Assembly: GCA_038230375.1 (NCBI GenBank)
Contig: JBBRNJ010000030.1
Span: 1-64,000 of the forward strand
Origin: Polyangiales bacterium
Lineage (GTDB): Bacteria; Myxococcota_A; Polyangia; Polyangiales; Polyangiaceae
DNA length: 64,000 bases
Reading direction: 5' to 3'
The translations under genes were made by a program, and so were the position numbers. The notes below the pieces were generated by a model, which saw only the letters and a program-made list of their open reading frames with translations, was not told where the DNA came from and did not search any database. Positions 17,663-27,587 of this stretch are shown here, piece by piece. Within the stretch, counting starts at the first letter, position 1; every line of letters begins with the position of its first letter.

Positions 17663-19537
17663 CTAGTGAGCCGAGACCACCGACAGGTAGATCGTTCCGG
17701 CGCGAGTGCCGGAGGCGGTCACCGCGTCGAGCGACCGCGAGACCTCGGACGAAGCGCCATCGAACGAGAAGCCCTTTTCGGACAGGAGTGCAGGCGACAC
17801 GCACTGACGCGGAACCCGCGCGGAGGCCACGAAGCCCGCGGCGTCAAAGCTCCCCTGCACGGCAATGGGCCCGCTGGAGGTTGCGGTGAAGGTGCCTTCG
17901 TGGGGCGTCCCGTCGAGGCGGCCCGACATGCGTGGCAGGTCCAGGCCCAGCCCGGTGGCGTGAAGATCCGGCGACGAGATCTTCAGGTGGAAGCGGTCGG
18001 CGGAGGAGCGCTGCGAAGTTGCGTCCGCGACATCCAGGAAGATGGAGGCCTGGTTGCCCTCCACGCGCACACCGCCCGCGGTCACGGTGAAGTGCGCATT
18101 CTCCGCGTCCAGAGCGAAGCGCCCGCCTCCGAGCGAGCTGACAAGGACGGACGTGAGGTCAGAGGCCTCGCCCAGGTCCGCGTCCGCGCCCTCGAGCGTG
18201 AGTGACTCCATCGAGTACGAGAACGTAGCCTTCGTGGCCCTGATGCGGACGCCGGGCGTTGCGGTGGCGGACACCTCGAGGTCGTCCAACGTCAGCCCCG
18301 ACAACGTGGTGTGAGTGTCCGCGTACCGTAGCGTGAGGCCGGCGCGTGCGGCCTTCGCGGCGAGCTGCGCTCCGATCAGTTGAGGGGCAACGAACACGCC
18401 CGTGCACACCACGGCGATCGCTGCGAACGCCGCAGCGGGCAAGCCCCACGACGACGTGGCCGCGCGCGCGCGCGTTGACACGGGCAAGGACCAGTGGGCG
18501 CGCGAAGTGCGCGGCGCGTCCATGGCCTGCGTCCGGCCCACCAGGAATGAGGGCGGCGCAGCCTGGGAGCTGCTCTGGCTCTGCTCGAGCGCCAGCGTGT
18601 GCTCCACCTGCACGGCAACGTCGAGCGTCGTGTCCGCTTCCGGTTCGTCCGCGGGAATCGGCGTGGTGACAGGCTCGGAGTCGGCGCCGTCTCCCGGGGC
18701 AATGGCACGCAGCGCCGCGGCCAACTCGTCCGCGGACTGGTATCGCGCGTCGGGCGTCTGCGCGAGACATCGGTCTACGATCGCGTCGACCTCGGCAGGG
18801 ACGTCGGGGACGAGCGTCGATGGTTTCACGCGTCTGCCGCGGAGCACCTCGGACACGAGATGGGCGCCTTGCCCGCGGAAGGCCGTCTGCCCGGTGAGTA
18901 GTTTGTGGAAGATGCAGCCAAGCGCCCAGATGTCGGTGCGATGGTCGACCGACTTCGGCCGCTCGATCTGCTCCGGTGACATGTAGTGGGGCGTTCCGAG
19001 CTGCGTCATGGTGCGCGTGAGGTCGGTCGCCTGCTCGTCGAGCCGCGAGATGCCGAAGTCGAGCACCTTGAGGACGGGCCCGCCCGCCCGCTGCGCCAGG
19101 AACAGGTTCGACGGCTTGAGGTCGCGATGAACGACGCGCATGCGGTGGGCATCTGCGACGCCGCTGCAGGCCTGCACCATCAACCACGTCGCCACGTCGA
19201 GGCGGAGCTTGCCCTTGCGACGCACCAGGTGATCGAGATCCTCGCCCGCGAGCAGCTCCATCACGAGGTACGGCGTGCCGTCTTCCGTGCGCCCCACGTC
19301 GAGGATCTGGACCGCGTGCGGCCCCTGGATGCGGGAGGCGGCGCGTGCCTCGCGGTAGAACCGCTCCACGACCTGCTCGTTCCCGCGCACCTCCGGTCGC
19401 AGCGCCTTCACCGCGACCGTGCGACCGAGATCCAGCTGCGTGGCGCGCGCGACCACGCCCATCCCGCCCTCGCCGATGAATGCATCGACGCGGTAGCGGC
19501 CGCCCAGAATGTCGCCGACCTCGAGCTTGCGCACCAT
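17663..19537 (-). CDS. Transmembrane Ser/Thr protein kinase with extracytoplasmic beta-rich domain
   Basis: GEGGMG, VAVK, HRDLKPSN, DFG, YMSPE, DIWALG; TM about aa 365-388. Confidence 0.95.
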   Translation of the reverse strand: MVRKLEVGDILGGRYRVDAFIGEGGMGVVARATQLDLGRTVAVKALRPEVRGNEQVVERFYREARAASRIQGPHAVQILDVGRTEDGTPYLVMELLAGEDLDHLVRRKGKLRLDVATWLMVQACSGVADAHRMRVVHRDLKPSNLFLAQRAGGPVLKVLDFGISRLDEQATDLTRTMTQLGTPHYMSPEQIERPKSVDHRTDIWALGCIFHKLLTGQTAFRGQGAHLVSEVLRGRRVKPSTLVPDVPAEVDAIVDRCLAQTPDARYQSADELAAALRAIAPGDGADSEPVTTPIPADEPEADTTLDVAVQVEHTLALEQSQSSSQAAPPSFLVGRTQAMDAPRTSRAHWSLPVSTRARAATSSWGLPAAAFAAIAVVCTGVFVAPQLIGAQLAAKAARAGLTLRYADTHTTLSGLTLDDLEVSATATPGVRIRATKATFSYSMESLTLEGADADLGEASDLTSVLVSSLGGGRFALDAENAHFTVTAGGVRVEGNQASIFLDVADATSQRSSADRFHLKISSPDLHATGLGLDLPRMSGRLDGTPHEGTFTATSSGPIAVQGSFDAAGFVASARVPRQCVSPALLSEKGFSFDGASSEVSRSLDAVTASGTRAGTIYLSVVSAH

Positions 19538-19599
19538 GTCCCCGGGCCACGGGGTACACCGAACCAGGTGGCGTCACAAGGGATGTCGACGGATACGGG

Positions 19600-20310
19600 C
19601 TACTTGGTCGCGGGCTCGGTCGCGTCGGGGGCAAGCCAGCGGTAGAGGCTGGCACCGAGCACCGCACCCATGATGGGCGCGACCCAGAAGAGCCACAGCT
19701 GAGAGACCGCCCATCCGCCCACGAAGAGCGCGGGGCCGGTGCTGCGGGCCGGGTTCACGGAGGTGTTGGTGACCGGGATGGAGACCAGGTGGATGAGCGT
19801 GAGGCAGAGGCCGATCGCGATCGGCGCGAAGCCGGCAGGCGCCTTCTTGTGCGTCGAGCCCATGATGACGAACAGGAACATGGCCGTCATCACGACCTCC
19901 ATCAGGAGCGCGGCCGTCATGCTGTAGTGCCCAGGAGAATGCTCCCCATAGCCGTTCGATGCGAAGCCCCCGCTGACGTCGAAGCCGCTGGCGCCGCTCG
20001 CGATCGCCTTGAGAACAGCCGCAGCGAGGATCGCGCCCGCGACCTGCGAGACGATGTACGGGACGACGCTGTTCTTCGGGAAGCGACCGCCGACGGCAAG
20101 GCCGATGGTGACCGCGGGGTTCAGGTGACAGCCCGAGACGTGGCCGATCGTGTACGCCATCGTCAAGACGGAGAGGCCGAACGCCAGCGCCACTCCGTGC
20201 AGACCGATGCCCACCTGCGGGAACGCCGCCGCCAGGACCGCGGAGCCACAGCCCGCGAACGTCAGCCAAAACGTGCCGATCATCTCGGCGACGTACTTCT
20301 TCATCTCCAT
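19600..20310 (-). CDS. aqpZ: Aquaporin Z
   Basis: [49 protein letters not shown]. Confidence 0.97.
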   Translation of the reverse strand: MEMKKYVAEMIGTFWLTFAGCGSAVLAAAFPQVGIGLHGVALAFGLSVLTMAYTIGHVSGCHLNPAVTIGLAVGGRFPKNSVVPYIVSQVAGAILAAAVLKAIASGASGFDVSGGFASNGYGEHSPGHYSMTAALLMEVVMTAMFLFVIMGSTHKKAPAGFAPIAIGLCLTLIHLVSIPVTNTSVNPARSTGPALFVGGWAVSQLWLFWVAPIMGAVLGASLYRWLAPDATEPATK

Positions 20311-20415
20311 GGGCTATCCCCCTTCCGAACACAAAGGAGACCAAGCTTCAGCGGAAGCGGCCAAGAAACCCGCGGTCTCTGCCGGGCGCCACGGAACGCG
20401 TGGTACGACGACTGT

Positions 20416-21690
20416 GTGGTGGCACCCTTCGCTCGTGAGGTCATCGTCATCCGCGATGGGACGGCTGAGCGCAACGGCCTGGGGCGCCTGATATTCGCGG
20501 CGACGGTCCTCGTCAACGCGGGCTCCTGCATGGGGGCGACCGGGTTGGACTCGGCCATGCTCGGCCTCCTCGCCTTTGGCTCCTTCCTGCTGTTTCCACT
20601 TTGCCTCTTCTACTTGTTTGCGGGCGCTCGACGGCCGATCGAGGCGACCGCACTCACGATCGAAGGTAACGAGCTGGTGCTCGAGCACCGTGGAACGCTG
20701 ACACGGTTGCCCTTCGGCAAGGTCCGCGGCGCGTGGGTCGAGCGCGACACGTTGGTGGCCATCGTGATGACGAACGGAGAGATCGTCACGATGAACCTGG
20801 GCTCAGCGGGCGCCGCGGACGAGATGGTGAGCCAGCTGGGACATACGAAGGAGCAACGCACGCTCACGATGCCAGTGGCCGGGTGGGCGAAGACATCGCT
20901 CGCGAGAGGCATGATCGCCGCAGCGCTGTCGGTGACGTTTCTGGTCACGGGGGTCTTCGCGCTCGTCAGTGGGGGGCTCCTGCATGACATTTTCAGCGCC
21001 TACCGTTCCGCCGAGGGCGCGGTGACGGGCGGGTCCGTCGCGGCCACGATCGGGCTCGTCGCCACTTCGCTCTTGCTCGCGCGCGCGACGCGACCGCGGT
21101 GGGTCGTGGTTGGGTCGGATGGCGTGCGGCTGGCCGACGGCAAGATCGTCCATCACACCGACATCCAGCGCGCGGACCCGGATCCTGCGGGCGTGCGCAT
21201 CACCAGGAAGGACGGCTCGCAGTTGCTGGTCGCGTTCTCGCAGGGCGCGGACGCCGCGGCGGTCTGGGTGGAGCGGCAGTTTGCGCTTCTGTCGCGCATC
21301 GAGAGGTGGAAGGACAATGCGTCGCGCACGGCAGAAGAGGCGAAGCTTGACGTGCTCGACCGCGCCGGACGATCTGCGGCAGACCACCGCAAGGCACTGC
21401 TTGCGGTCGGTGACACGAGCGCGGGCTATCGCGCACAGGGCGTGAGCGCAGAGGACCTGGAGCGCGTGATCGACGACGCGGAGAGCCCTGCCGAACGGCG
21501 TATCGCGGCGACCGTCGCGCTGTCAGCGATCGATCGTGATCGCGCCACGCAAAAGATCCGCGTGGTGGTGCCCACATGCGTGGACCCCAGGCTGCGCACT
21601 GCGCTCGAGCACGCGGCCGAGGAAGCGGATTTCGAGGCAGGCTTCGAGGCCGAGCAAGCGCGGAGCCGCAGTCGGCAACGGATGTCATAG
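20416..21690 (+). CDS. Multi-pass membrane protein with bPH-like domains and helical C-terminus
   Basis: GTG at 20416 within ORF 19480-21690, whose upstream part is antisense to aqpZ; two TM hairpins, each followed by a short beta domain. Confidence 0.75.
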   Translation: MVAPFAREVIVIRDGTAERNGLGRLIFAATVLVNAGSCMGATGLDSAMLGLLAFGSFLLFPLCLFYLFAGARRPIEATALTIEGNELVLEHRGTLTRLPFGKVRGAWVERDTLVAIVMTNGEIVTMNLGSAGAADEMVSQLGHTKEQRTLTMPVAGWAKTSLARGMIAAALSVTFLVTGVFALVSGGLLHDIFSAYRSAEGAVTGGSVAATIGLVATSLLLARATRPRWVVVGSDGVRLADGKIVHHTDIQRADPDPAGVRITRKDGSQLLVAFSQGADAAAVWVERQFALLSRIERWKDNASRTAEEAKLDVLDRAGRSAADHRKALLAVGDTSAGYRAQGVSAEDLERVIDDAESPAERRIAATVALSAIDRDRATQKIRVVVPTCVDPRLRTALEHAAEEADFEAGFEAEQARSRSRQRMS

Positions 21691-21851
21691 CGAAGAGAAC
21701 CAACGTTCACAGCAGGGCCTTATTCGAGTGAGAGGCATGCTGACCCATGAATAGGTGCGCGCAGGGTCGCGTCCATCAACGCAGTCCTGATGCAGCGTGG
21801 GTGAGCCACGTGACACAAGACCTTCACCTTCCACTTCTCAGAGGTATTCAC

Positions 21852-22256
21852 ATGACGCACGCCAAGTGGCTTCTCACCGTTGCTTCCATTCTTTCGCTCT
21901 GGTCTCTCGTCACCGGTTGCGGGTCCATCCGCGTGGTGAAGCGAACACAGGATGGTGGCATTGTCGCCCTCGCCGGCTCCCAGTCAGAGGCGAGGAAGAA
22001 GGCCGACGAGTACATGAAGGGGCAGTGCGGCGGCGAGTATCAGATCGTCGAGGAGGGCGAGGCCGTCATCGGGGAGGTGAGCTCCGCCGAGTCACGCCCG
22101 ACGCGGTTCGGCACCGTGCAGACACAGGGCAGCTCCACCCAGAAGACAGAGTGGCGCCTCACGTTCCGCTGCAAGGCGACCGCGGCCCCCACCGCCAGGA
22201 CCACCAGCGGTCCGCAGCAGACCGCGGAGCTGCACTCGTACACCGTTCGCTTCTAG
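21852..22256 (+). CDS. Small lipoprotein
   Basis: GAGG RBS, MTHAKWLL...VTGC lipobox; Cys pair (QC...FRC). Confidence 0.85.
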   Translation: MTHAKWLLTVASILSLWSLVTGCGSIRVVKRTQDGGIVALAGSQSEARKKADEYMKGQCGGEYQIVEEGEAVIGEVSSAESRPTRFGTVQTQGSSTQKTEWRLTFRCKATAAPTARTTSGPQQTAELHSYTVRF

Positions 22257-22282
22257 CGGATCGCGGCTAAGCTCGCCGCGCC

Positions 22283-24073
22283 ATGGCGAACCCGCTCCTC
22301 AATGATCGCGACGTGTCTTTCCTTCTCTACGACGTGTTGGACGTGGCGTCGCTCACCACGCTTGCGCCGTTCAAGGAGCACTCGCCGGAGACGTTCGATC
22401 TCTACCTGGGCGCCGTGCGCGACTTCTCGCGTCGCGTGCTGTTCCCGCTCTACAAGACGTTCGACGCGGAGCCGCCGCGCTTCGAGAACGGCCGCGTCAC
22501 CGTCCATCCGAAGATGCGGGGCGTGTACGACGCGCTGACGGAGCTCGGAATCTCGCGCGTGTCGCGCCCTGCGAGCGTGGGCGGTCAGGCGTTGCCGCTC
22601 ACGGTGTCTTGCTTCTCCATGGCATACATCGCGGCGGCAAACGGCAGCGCCGCGGGGCTCACCATGCTTGCGTCAGGCGCTGCGCACCTGCTGGAGGCGT
22701 TCGGCAGCGAGCACCTCAAGGCCACGTACATGACGAAGCTCTACGACGGCACGTACACCGGCACGATGGCGTTGACGGAGCCGCAGGCGGGCTCCAGCCT
22801 GGCGGACGTGGAGACGCGCGCGGTGCCGCAGGCCGATGGCAGCTATCGGCTCACGGGCTCCAAGATCTTCATCTCTGGCGGCGACCACGATCTCACGGAG
22901 AACATCGTGCACATGGTGCTCGCGCGCATCGCGGGCGCGCCGCCCGGCACCAAGGGCATCTCGCTCTTCTGTGTGCCCGCCCGGCGCAACGAGAACGGCA
23001 CGCTCGTCCACAACGACGTGACCGTCACCGGCCTCATCCACAAGATCGGCTGGCGCGGTCTGCCCAGCGTCGCGCTCAGCTTCGGAGACGGTGGCGACTG
23101 CCACGGGTGGCTCGTCGGAGAACCACACCGCGGCCTCTCGTACATGTTCCAGATGATGAACGAGGCGCGCATCTCCGTCGGCGTCAGCGGCGTCGCCACG
23201 GCGTCCGTCGCGTACCACGAGGCGCGCGCCTACGCAGAGGGCCGCCCGCAAGGACGCGCGCTCGGTCACAAGGGCGAGGGACGCCAGGTCCCGATCATCG
23301 AGCACGCAGACGTGCGGCGCATGCTGCTCCGGCAGAAGGCGATCGTGGAAGGCGGGCTCGCGCTCGTCGCACGGGCGTCGTTCTACGCGGACCTGGCCGC
23401 GCACGCGGAGTCGGAGGTGGAGCGAAGAGAAGCGCAGCTGCTGCTCGACCTGCTCACGCCGATCGCGAAGACATTTCCTGCGGAGAAGGGCTTCGAAGCG
23501 AACGTACTCGCGGTGCAGATCCACGGCGGCTACGGCTACTCGAGCGAGTACCTGCCCGAGGCGTGGATGCGCGATCAGAAGCTCAACACGATCCACGAAG
23601 GAACGACAGGCATCCACGGCATGGACCTCCTTGGCCGCAAGGCCATTGCGGGCGGTGGAGCGGCGCTCGCGGCGCTGCGCGCGGAGGTGGACAAGGGCGT
23701 CGCGCTCGCGCGCACGAATGGCCTTCCCGAAGATCTCGCGAACGCGGTGGCAGGCGCCCTTTCGGAAGCGGAGTCGCTCACGATGCACCTTGCGCAGCTT
23801 GGCCTCTCGGGAGACGTCGCGAAGATGATGCTCCACAGCGCCGACTACCTTGACCTGATGAGCGTGCTGGTGGTCGCCTGGCAACACCTCTGCATGGCCG
23901 CCGTCGCCGCAAAGAAGAGCCCAGCAAACGACGACGACGCGGCGTTCCTGCGCGGCAAGCAGCTCGCCGCCGAGTACTTCATTCGCACGGAGGTGCCGCG
24001 CCTTCACATGCTCGCCGCCCTCTGTCGCTCCGGCGAGGACAGCTATGCGAGGGTGACCGCGGCGGAGCTCTGA
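22283..24073 (+). CDS. Acyl-CoA dehydrogenase
   Basis: [49 protein letters not shown]. Confidence 0.97.
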   Translation: MANPLLNDRDVSFLLYDVLDVASLTTLAPFKEHSPETFDLYLGAVRDFSRRVLFPLYKTFDAEPPRFENGRVTVHPKMRGVYDALTELGISRVSRPASVGGQALPLTVSCFSMAYIAAANGSAAGLTMLASGAAHLLEAFGSEHLKATYMTKLYDGTYTGTMALTEPQAGSSLADVETRAVPQADGSYRLTGSKIFISGGDHDLTENIVHMVLARIAGAPPGTKGISLFCVPARRNENGTLVHNDVTVTGLIHKIGWRGLPSVALSFGDGGDCHGWLVGEPHRGLSYMFQMMNEARISVGVSGVATASVAYHEARAYAEGRPQGRALGHKGEGRQVPIIEHADVRRMLLRQKAIVEGGLALVARASFYADLAAHAESEVERREAQLLLDLLTPIAKTFPAEKGFEANVLAVQIHGGYGYSSEYLPEAWMRDQKLNTIHEGTTGIHGMDLLGRKAIAGGGAALAALRAEVDKGVALARTNGLPEDLANAVAGALSEAESLTMHLAQLGLSGDVAKMMLHSADYLDLMSVLVVAWQHLCMAAVAAKKSPANDDDAAFLRGKQLAAEYFIRTEVPRLHMLAALCRSGEDSYARVTAAEL

Positions 24074-24140
24074 GGGAAGAACGGCGCCGGCCAAAGGCTG
24101 CCAGGTTGACGGGGGAGCACTCGTAAACCACACTGCGGGC

Positions 24141-25301
24141 GTGCAAAAGCTCCTCGCCATTGCCCTGGTGCTCGTCGGCTGCGGCGCCGCGAACGAAGCC
24201 ACTGTCACAGGCGGCGGCTCCAGCGAAGACGGCGGACAGAATTCAGCGGGTGACGGCGGCGGGCCGGCCAGCATGGGCATGGATGCAGGAGCTCCACACG
24301 ATGCGAGCACCGGTGTCGACGCGGGTCCTTCGGACGCGGGCATGCTGCCTGCCATGTCGCACCAGGCGTTCCTGGTCGGCTACAACGAGGGATGGATCGG
24401 CAGCTACGGGTCCGATCTCACGTCCGGCTTCGACATCACCTACGTGCGCAAGATCCTGGATGGCATCAACAAGGCCGGTGGCCACATCATGCGGCTCTGG
24501 CTCTTCGAGCTGAACCAGGGCGTGACGCTCGGGGCCTCCGCGCCGCAGTCTTCGTCGCTGTCTCCGCAGATGATCGCCAACGTGGAGAGCGTCCTGGTGG
24601 AGGCGCGCGCGCGCGGCATCTGGGTGTACCTCACCGGTCTCAACGGCAACGACATGCTGCAGGCCGCCAGCCCCACCCGCGACTACTACTACAACCTGCT
24701 CAACAACAAATACGGCGAGGGCGACGCCTTCAACACGTACGTCCTCACGCCCATGCTCGCCATGATGGGCAAGCACCAGGACGTGATCTACGGGTTCGAC
24801 ATCGTGAACGAGATCGAGGCCGCGCAGCAGCACGCGTTCTGGCCGGACGTCTACAACGGCGCGCGCGGCTTCATCCAGCGCGAGGCGGCGTTCATCCACG
24901 GCAAGAGCCCGTGGCTCAAGGTGACCAGCAGCGCGGGCTTCAGCACCTCCCAGTTCGACATCTCGAACGGCATGTTCTCGGGCCTCGGTCTCGACTTCTA
25001 CGACCTGCACGTCTACGCGGACAACGGCAGCTACCTTGGTGCGTCCGACGTGTGCACGCGCGCGCAGACGGACGGCGTGCCGGTGATCCTCGGCGAGTTC
25101 GGTCAGATGACCATGAACGACGACGACACGCTCCAGCAGAACACCACGCAGGGCTTCCTCTCGGGCTCGAAGAGCCTCTGCTTCAAGGGCGCGCTTGGCT
25201 GGCGCTTCGACTCGGCCGAGGCCACGTGGCGCTACGTGCGCGCGGACGGCACCTTCCGCCCCGCCGTCACGGTCATGCAGACCTACGGCGTGATGCCGTA
25301 G
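24141..25301 (+). CDS. Clan GH-A (GH5-like) glycoside hydrolase lipoprotein
   Basis: Lipobox LVGC; MRLWLF, acid/base IVNE, FYDLHVY, nucleophile ILGEFG, ALGW. Confidence 0.85.
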   Translation: MQKLLAIALVLVGCGAANEATVTGGGSSEDGGQNSAGDGGGPASMGMDAGAPHDASTGVDAGPSDAGMLPAMSHQAFLVGYNEGWIGSYGSDLTSGFDITYVRKILDGINKAGGHIMRLWLFELNQGVTLGASAPQSSSLSPQMIANVESVLVEARARGIWVYLTGLNGNDMLQAASPTRDYYYNLLNNKYGEGDAFNTYVLTPMLAMMGKHQDVIYGFDIVNEIEAAQQHAFWPDVYNGARGFIQREAAFIHGKSPWLKVTSSAGFSTSQFDISNGMFSGLGLDFYDLHVYADNGSYLGASDVCTRAQTDGVPVILGEFGQMTMNDDDTLQQNTTQGFLSGSKSLCFKGALGWRFDSAEATWRYVRADGTFRPAVTVMQTYGVMP

Positions 25302-25328
25302 AGCGCGCGAGCACTCACCTGCCCAGCG

Positions 25329-26411
25329 TCAGTACGCGCCTTCGCGGGCCTTCTTGCTGAAGAGGGTGAGAAACATGCATTTTACATCCAACCAGAGACT
25401 CCAGCTCTCGACATAGCGGAGGTCGTGCTCCACGCGCTTCACCATCTTCTCCAGCGTGTCGGTCTCGCCGCGCCACCCGTTCACCTGCGCCAGGCCCGTG
25501 ATGCCCGGCTTCACCTTGTGGCGGAGCATGTAGCGGACGATGAGCTGGCGATACATCTCGTTGTGCGCGGTGGCGTGCGGGCGTGGACCCACAAGGGACA
25601 TCTCTCCGCGCAGCACGTTCACGAGCTGCGGCAGCTCGTCCAGCGATGTGCGACGCAGGAACGCGCCAAAGCGGGTGATGCGTGCGTCGCCCTTCTTCGC
25701 CTGCGTGACCTTCGCGCCGTCGTCCATGGTGGTCATGGAGCGGAACTTGTACATGCCGAACTCCACGCCGCCTCGGCCGTAGCGCCTCTGACGAAACAGC
25801 GCGGGCCCGGGTGAAGAGAGCTTCACGCCGATCGCGATCGCCAGCATCGGCAGTGCGAGGCACGAGAGCGCGACGCTGCCGAGCGCAAGATCCTCCACGC
25901 GCTTCAGGACCCGGGAGAAGCCCTCGAGACGGCCCTTCACCGCCAGGCCCTCGTAGTCCTCCTTCGCCATCTCCAGCGCGACGACGAGCGCGAGCATGTA
26001 CTCGTTCTCGCAGAGTTCCAGGCGTGCGTCGGCGGTGCAGATCTCGCAGATGACCTCCAGCAACGGCCGGTTTCCGGCGCGCGTGGTCTCGACGAAGCGG
26101 CGGGCGGCGGCGCGCGCGTCGAACGTCGTCGGGTCGAAGGTGCGAATACGGTCCTCGATCTCCGGTGGCAGCTCGCTCACCTGGAGCAAGCGGCCCAGCA
26201 GCGAACGGAGCGCCTCTTGCTCCTTCTCGCAGAACGTACCGTCCGCGTAGCACGCGCCCAGAAGCAGCTCCGTCAGCACGAGCGTGATGGGCAGCGGAAG
26301 GATCGAGGGGCGCAGCTCGGAGATCGGCGCGTCGTCCGCGATCTCGACCTCCCCAAGCGTGTACATTGCACGCATCGTCATGTGCCGTCGCCTCCACTGG
26401 GAGAACGGCAA
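25329..26411 (-). CDS. TerB-like domain fused to polyprenyl-phosphate phosphoglycosyltransferase (WcaJ/WbaP C-terminal domain)
   Basis: C-terminal KRVED, YKFRSM, FLRRTSLDELPQL.NVL.GEMSLVGPRP, VKPGITGLAQV; N-terminal ADG...E.E and AD..L...E tandem motifs. Start may be 26381. Confidence 0.9.
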   Translation of the reverse strand: MPFSQWRRRHMTMRAMYTLGEVEIADDAPISELRPSILPLPITLVLTELLLGACYADGTFCEKEQEALRSLLGRLLQVSELPPEIEDRIRTFDPTTFDARAAARRFVETTRAGNRPLLEVICEICTADARLELCENEYMLALVVALEMAKEDYEGLAVKGRLEGFSRVLKRVEDLALGSVALSCLALPMLAIAIGVKLSSPGPALFRQRRYGRGGVEFGMYKFRSMTTMDDGAKVTQAKKGDARITRFGAFLRRTSLDELPQLVNVLRGEMSLVGPRPHATAHNEMYRQLIVRYMLRHKVKPGITGLAQVNGWRGETDTLEKMVKRVEHDLRYVESWSLWLDVKCMFLTLFSKKAREGAY

Positions 26412-26432
26412 GGCAACGCGTTCCTTGAGCGG

Positions 26433-27587
26433 CTAGTAGCTGTCGCTGGAGCCGCCGCCTCCGGAGCTGCCGCCACCGCCGGAATAGCTGGTGTCGGTGC
26501 TGCTGCCGCTGCTGCCTCCGTTGTCGGAGGAGGACGAGCTGCCGCCGGAGTCCCAGCTGGACGACGAGCTCGACGAATCGGACGAGGACGAGCTGGACGT
26601 GGAGTCGGAGGAGTAGCTCGAGCTGTCGTCGGTCGAGGTCGAGGAGCCGGAGAACGGTCTGTTCTTCATCCTGGACGAGATGATCCGGCCGCCGATGACC
26701 AGAGGCACCGAGAGGACCGCCACGACAACGCCAACGACCGGACCGAGGAAAAGAGATGCTCCGATCGTCGCGAAGAACCCCACGAGGAACGCGAAGAACA
26801 CCGTGACCCAGACGGTGAGCATCGCCCCCATGCAGCCGTCGAAGCTGAGTCGCGGGCGCTTGCGCGGGAAGCCGAAGATGAGCACGGACAACGCGACCAG
26901 GGAGAACGTAGCGACCTGAGGCGCCATGGACTCGCTCTCCGGCGCGGGCGCGGGCGTGGCAGGCGGGGTCGCAGTCGGCGCCTTTTGCGGCACGTTCGTG
27001 GGTGTGGTCGACGGCGGTGGCCGCGTCGCGGGCGTGACGGCGCATGCAGCCGCGCCATCGGCGAGGGGCTTCGCGTCGCGCTGGAGCGCGCGCTCGATCT
27101 CCGTGGTGCCTTCGTCCACTGCCGCGAAGAACTGGTCCTTCTTCAGGTTCGCGGAGACGTGCTCGCGCAGGATGCGGTTCGACTCCACGTCGGTGAGGGC
27201 ACCGCCCGCGCCCTTGCCCGTGTCGATGCGCACCTTGCGCTCGTTGGGCGCGATGAACAGGAGCACACCATTGTCCTTCTTGCCCTCGCCCACCTTCCAC
27301 GTGTTGAACGTGGCATAGGCGGCGTCCTCCACCGAGTCTCCGACAAGCGAGTCAGCGATGAAGACGACCACGTGATTCGTCGAGCACCTTCTGTAGGCCG
27401 CGAGCTTCTGATCGAACGCCTGGATCTCGGCCGGCGTGAGCTTGTGCGCGGTGTCGGTCACATAGCCTTCGATGGGCGGCGGGGCGTACGCGAACGCCCG
27501 AGTCGCTGGCGCGAGCAGACAGATCATGGCTGCGACCACGATCACGAGCGAGCGCCCTCTCCGTGACGTGAGCACGCGCGCGATCAC
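26433..27587 (-). CDS. TPM-domain membrane protein with Ser/Gly-rich tail
   Basis: YVTD.A..L, WKVG..KKDNGVLLFIA..ERKVRIDTG.G..G.LTD; tail ends YSGGGGSSGGGGSSDSY. Confidence 0.92.
   Translation of the reverse strand: MIARVLTSRRGRSLVIVVAAMICLLAPATRAFAYAPPPIEGYVTDTAHKLTPAEIQAFDQKLAAYRRCSTNHVVVFIADSLVGDSVEDAAYATFNTWKVGEGKKDNGVLLFIAPNERKVRIDTGKGAGGALTDVESNRILREHVSANLKKDQFFAAVDEGTTEIERALQRDAKPLADGAAACAVTPATRPPPSTTPTNVPQKAPTATPPATPAPAPESESMAPQVATFSLVALSVLIFGFPRKRPRLSFDGCMGAMLTVWVTVFFAFLVGFFATIGASLFLGPVVGVVVAVLSVPLVIGGRIISSRMKNRPFSGSSTSTDDSSSYSSDSTSSSSSSDSSSSSSSWDSGGSSSSSDNGGSSGSSTDTSYSGGGGSSGGGGSSDSY

Noticed and set aside
19480..20415. N-terminal extension of the 736-aa ORF
   Set aside because: Antisense to aqpZ
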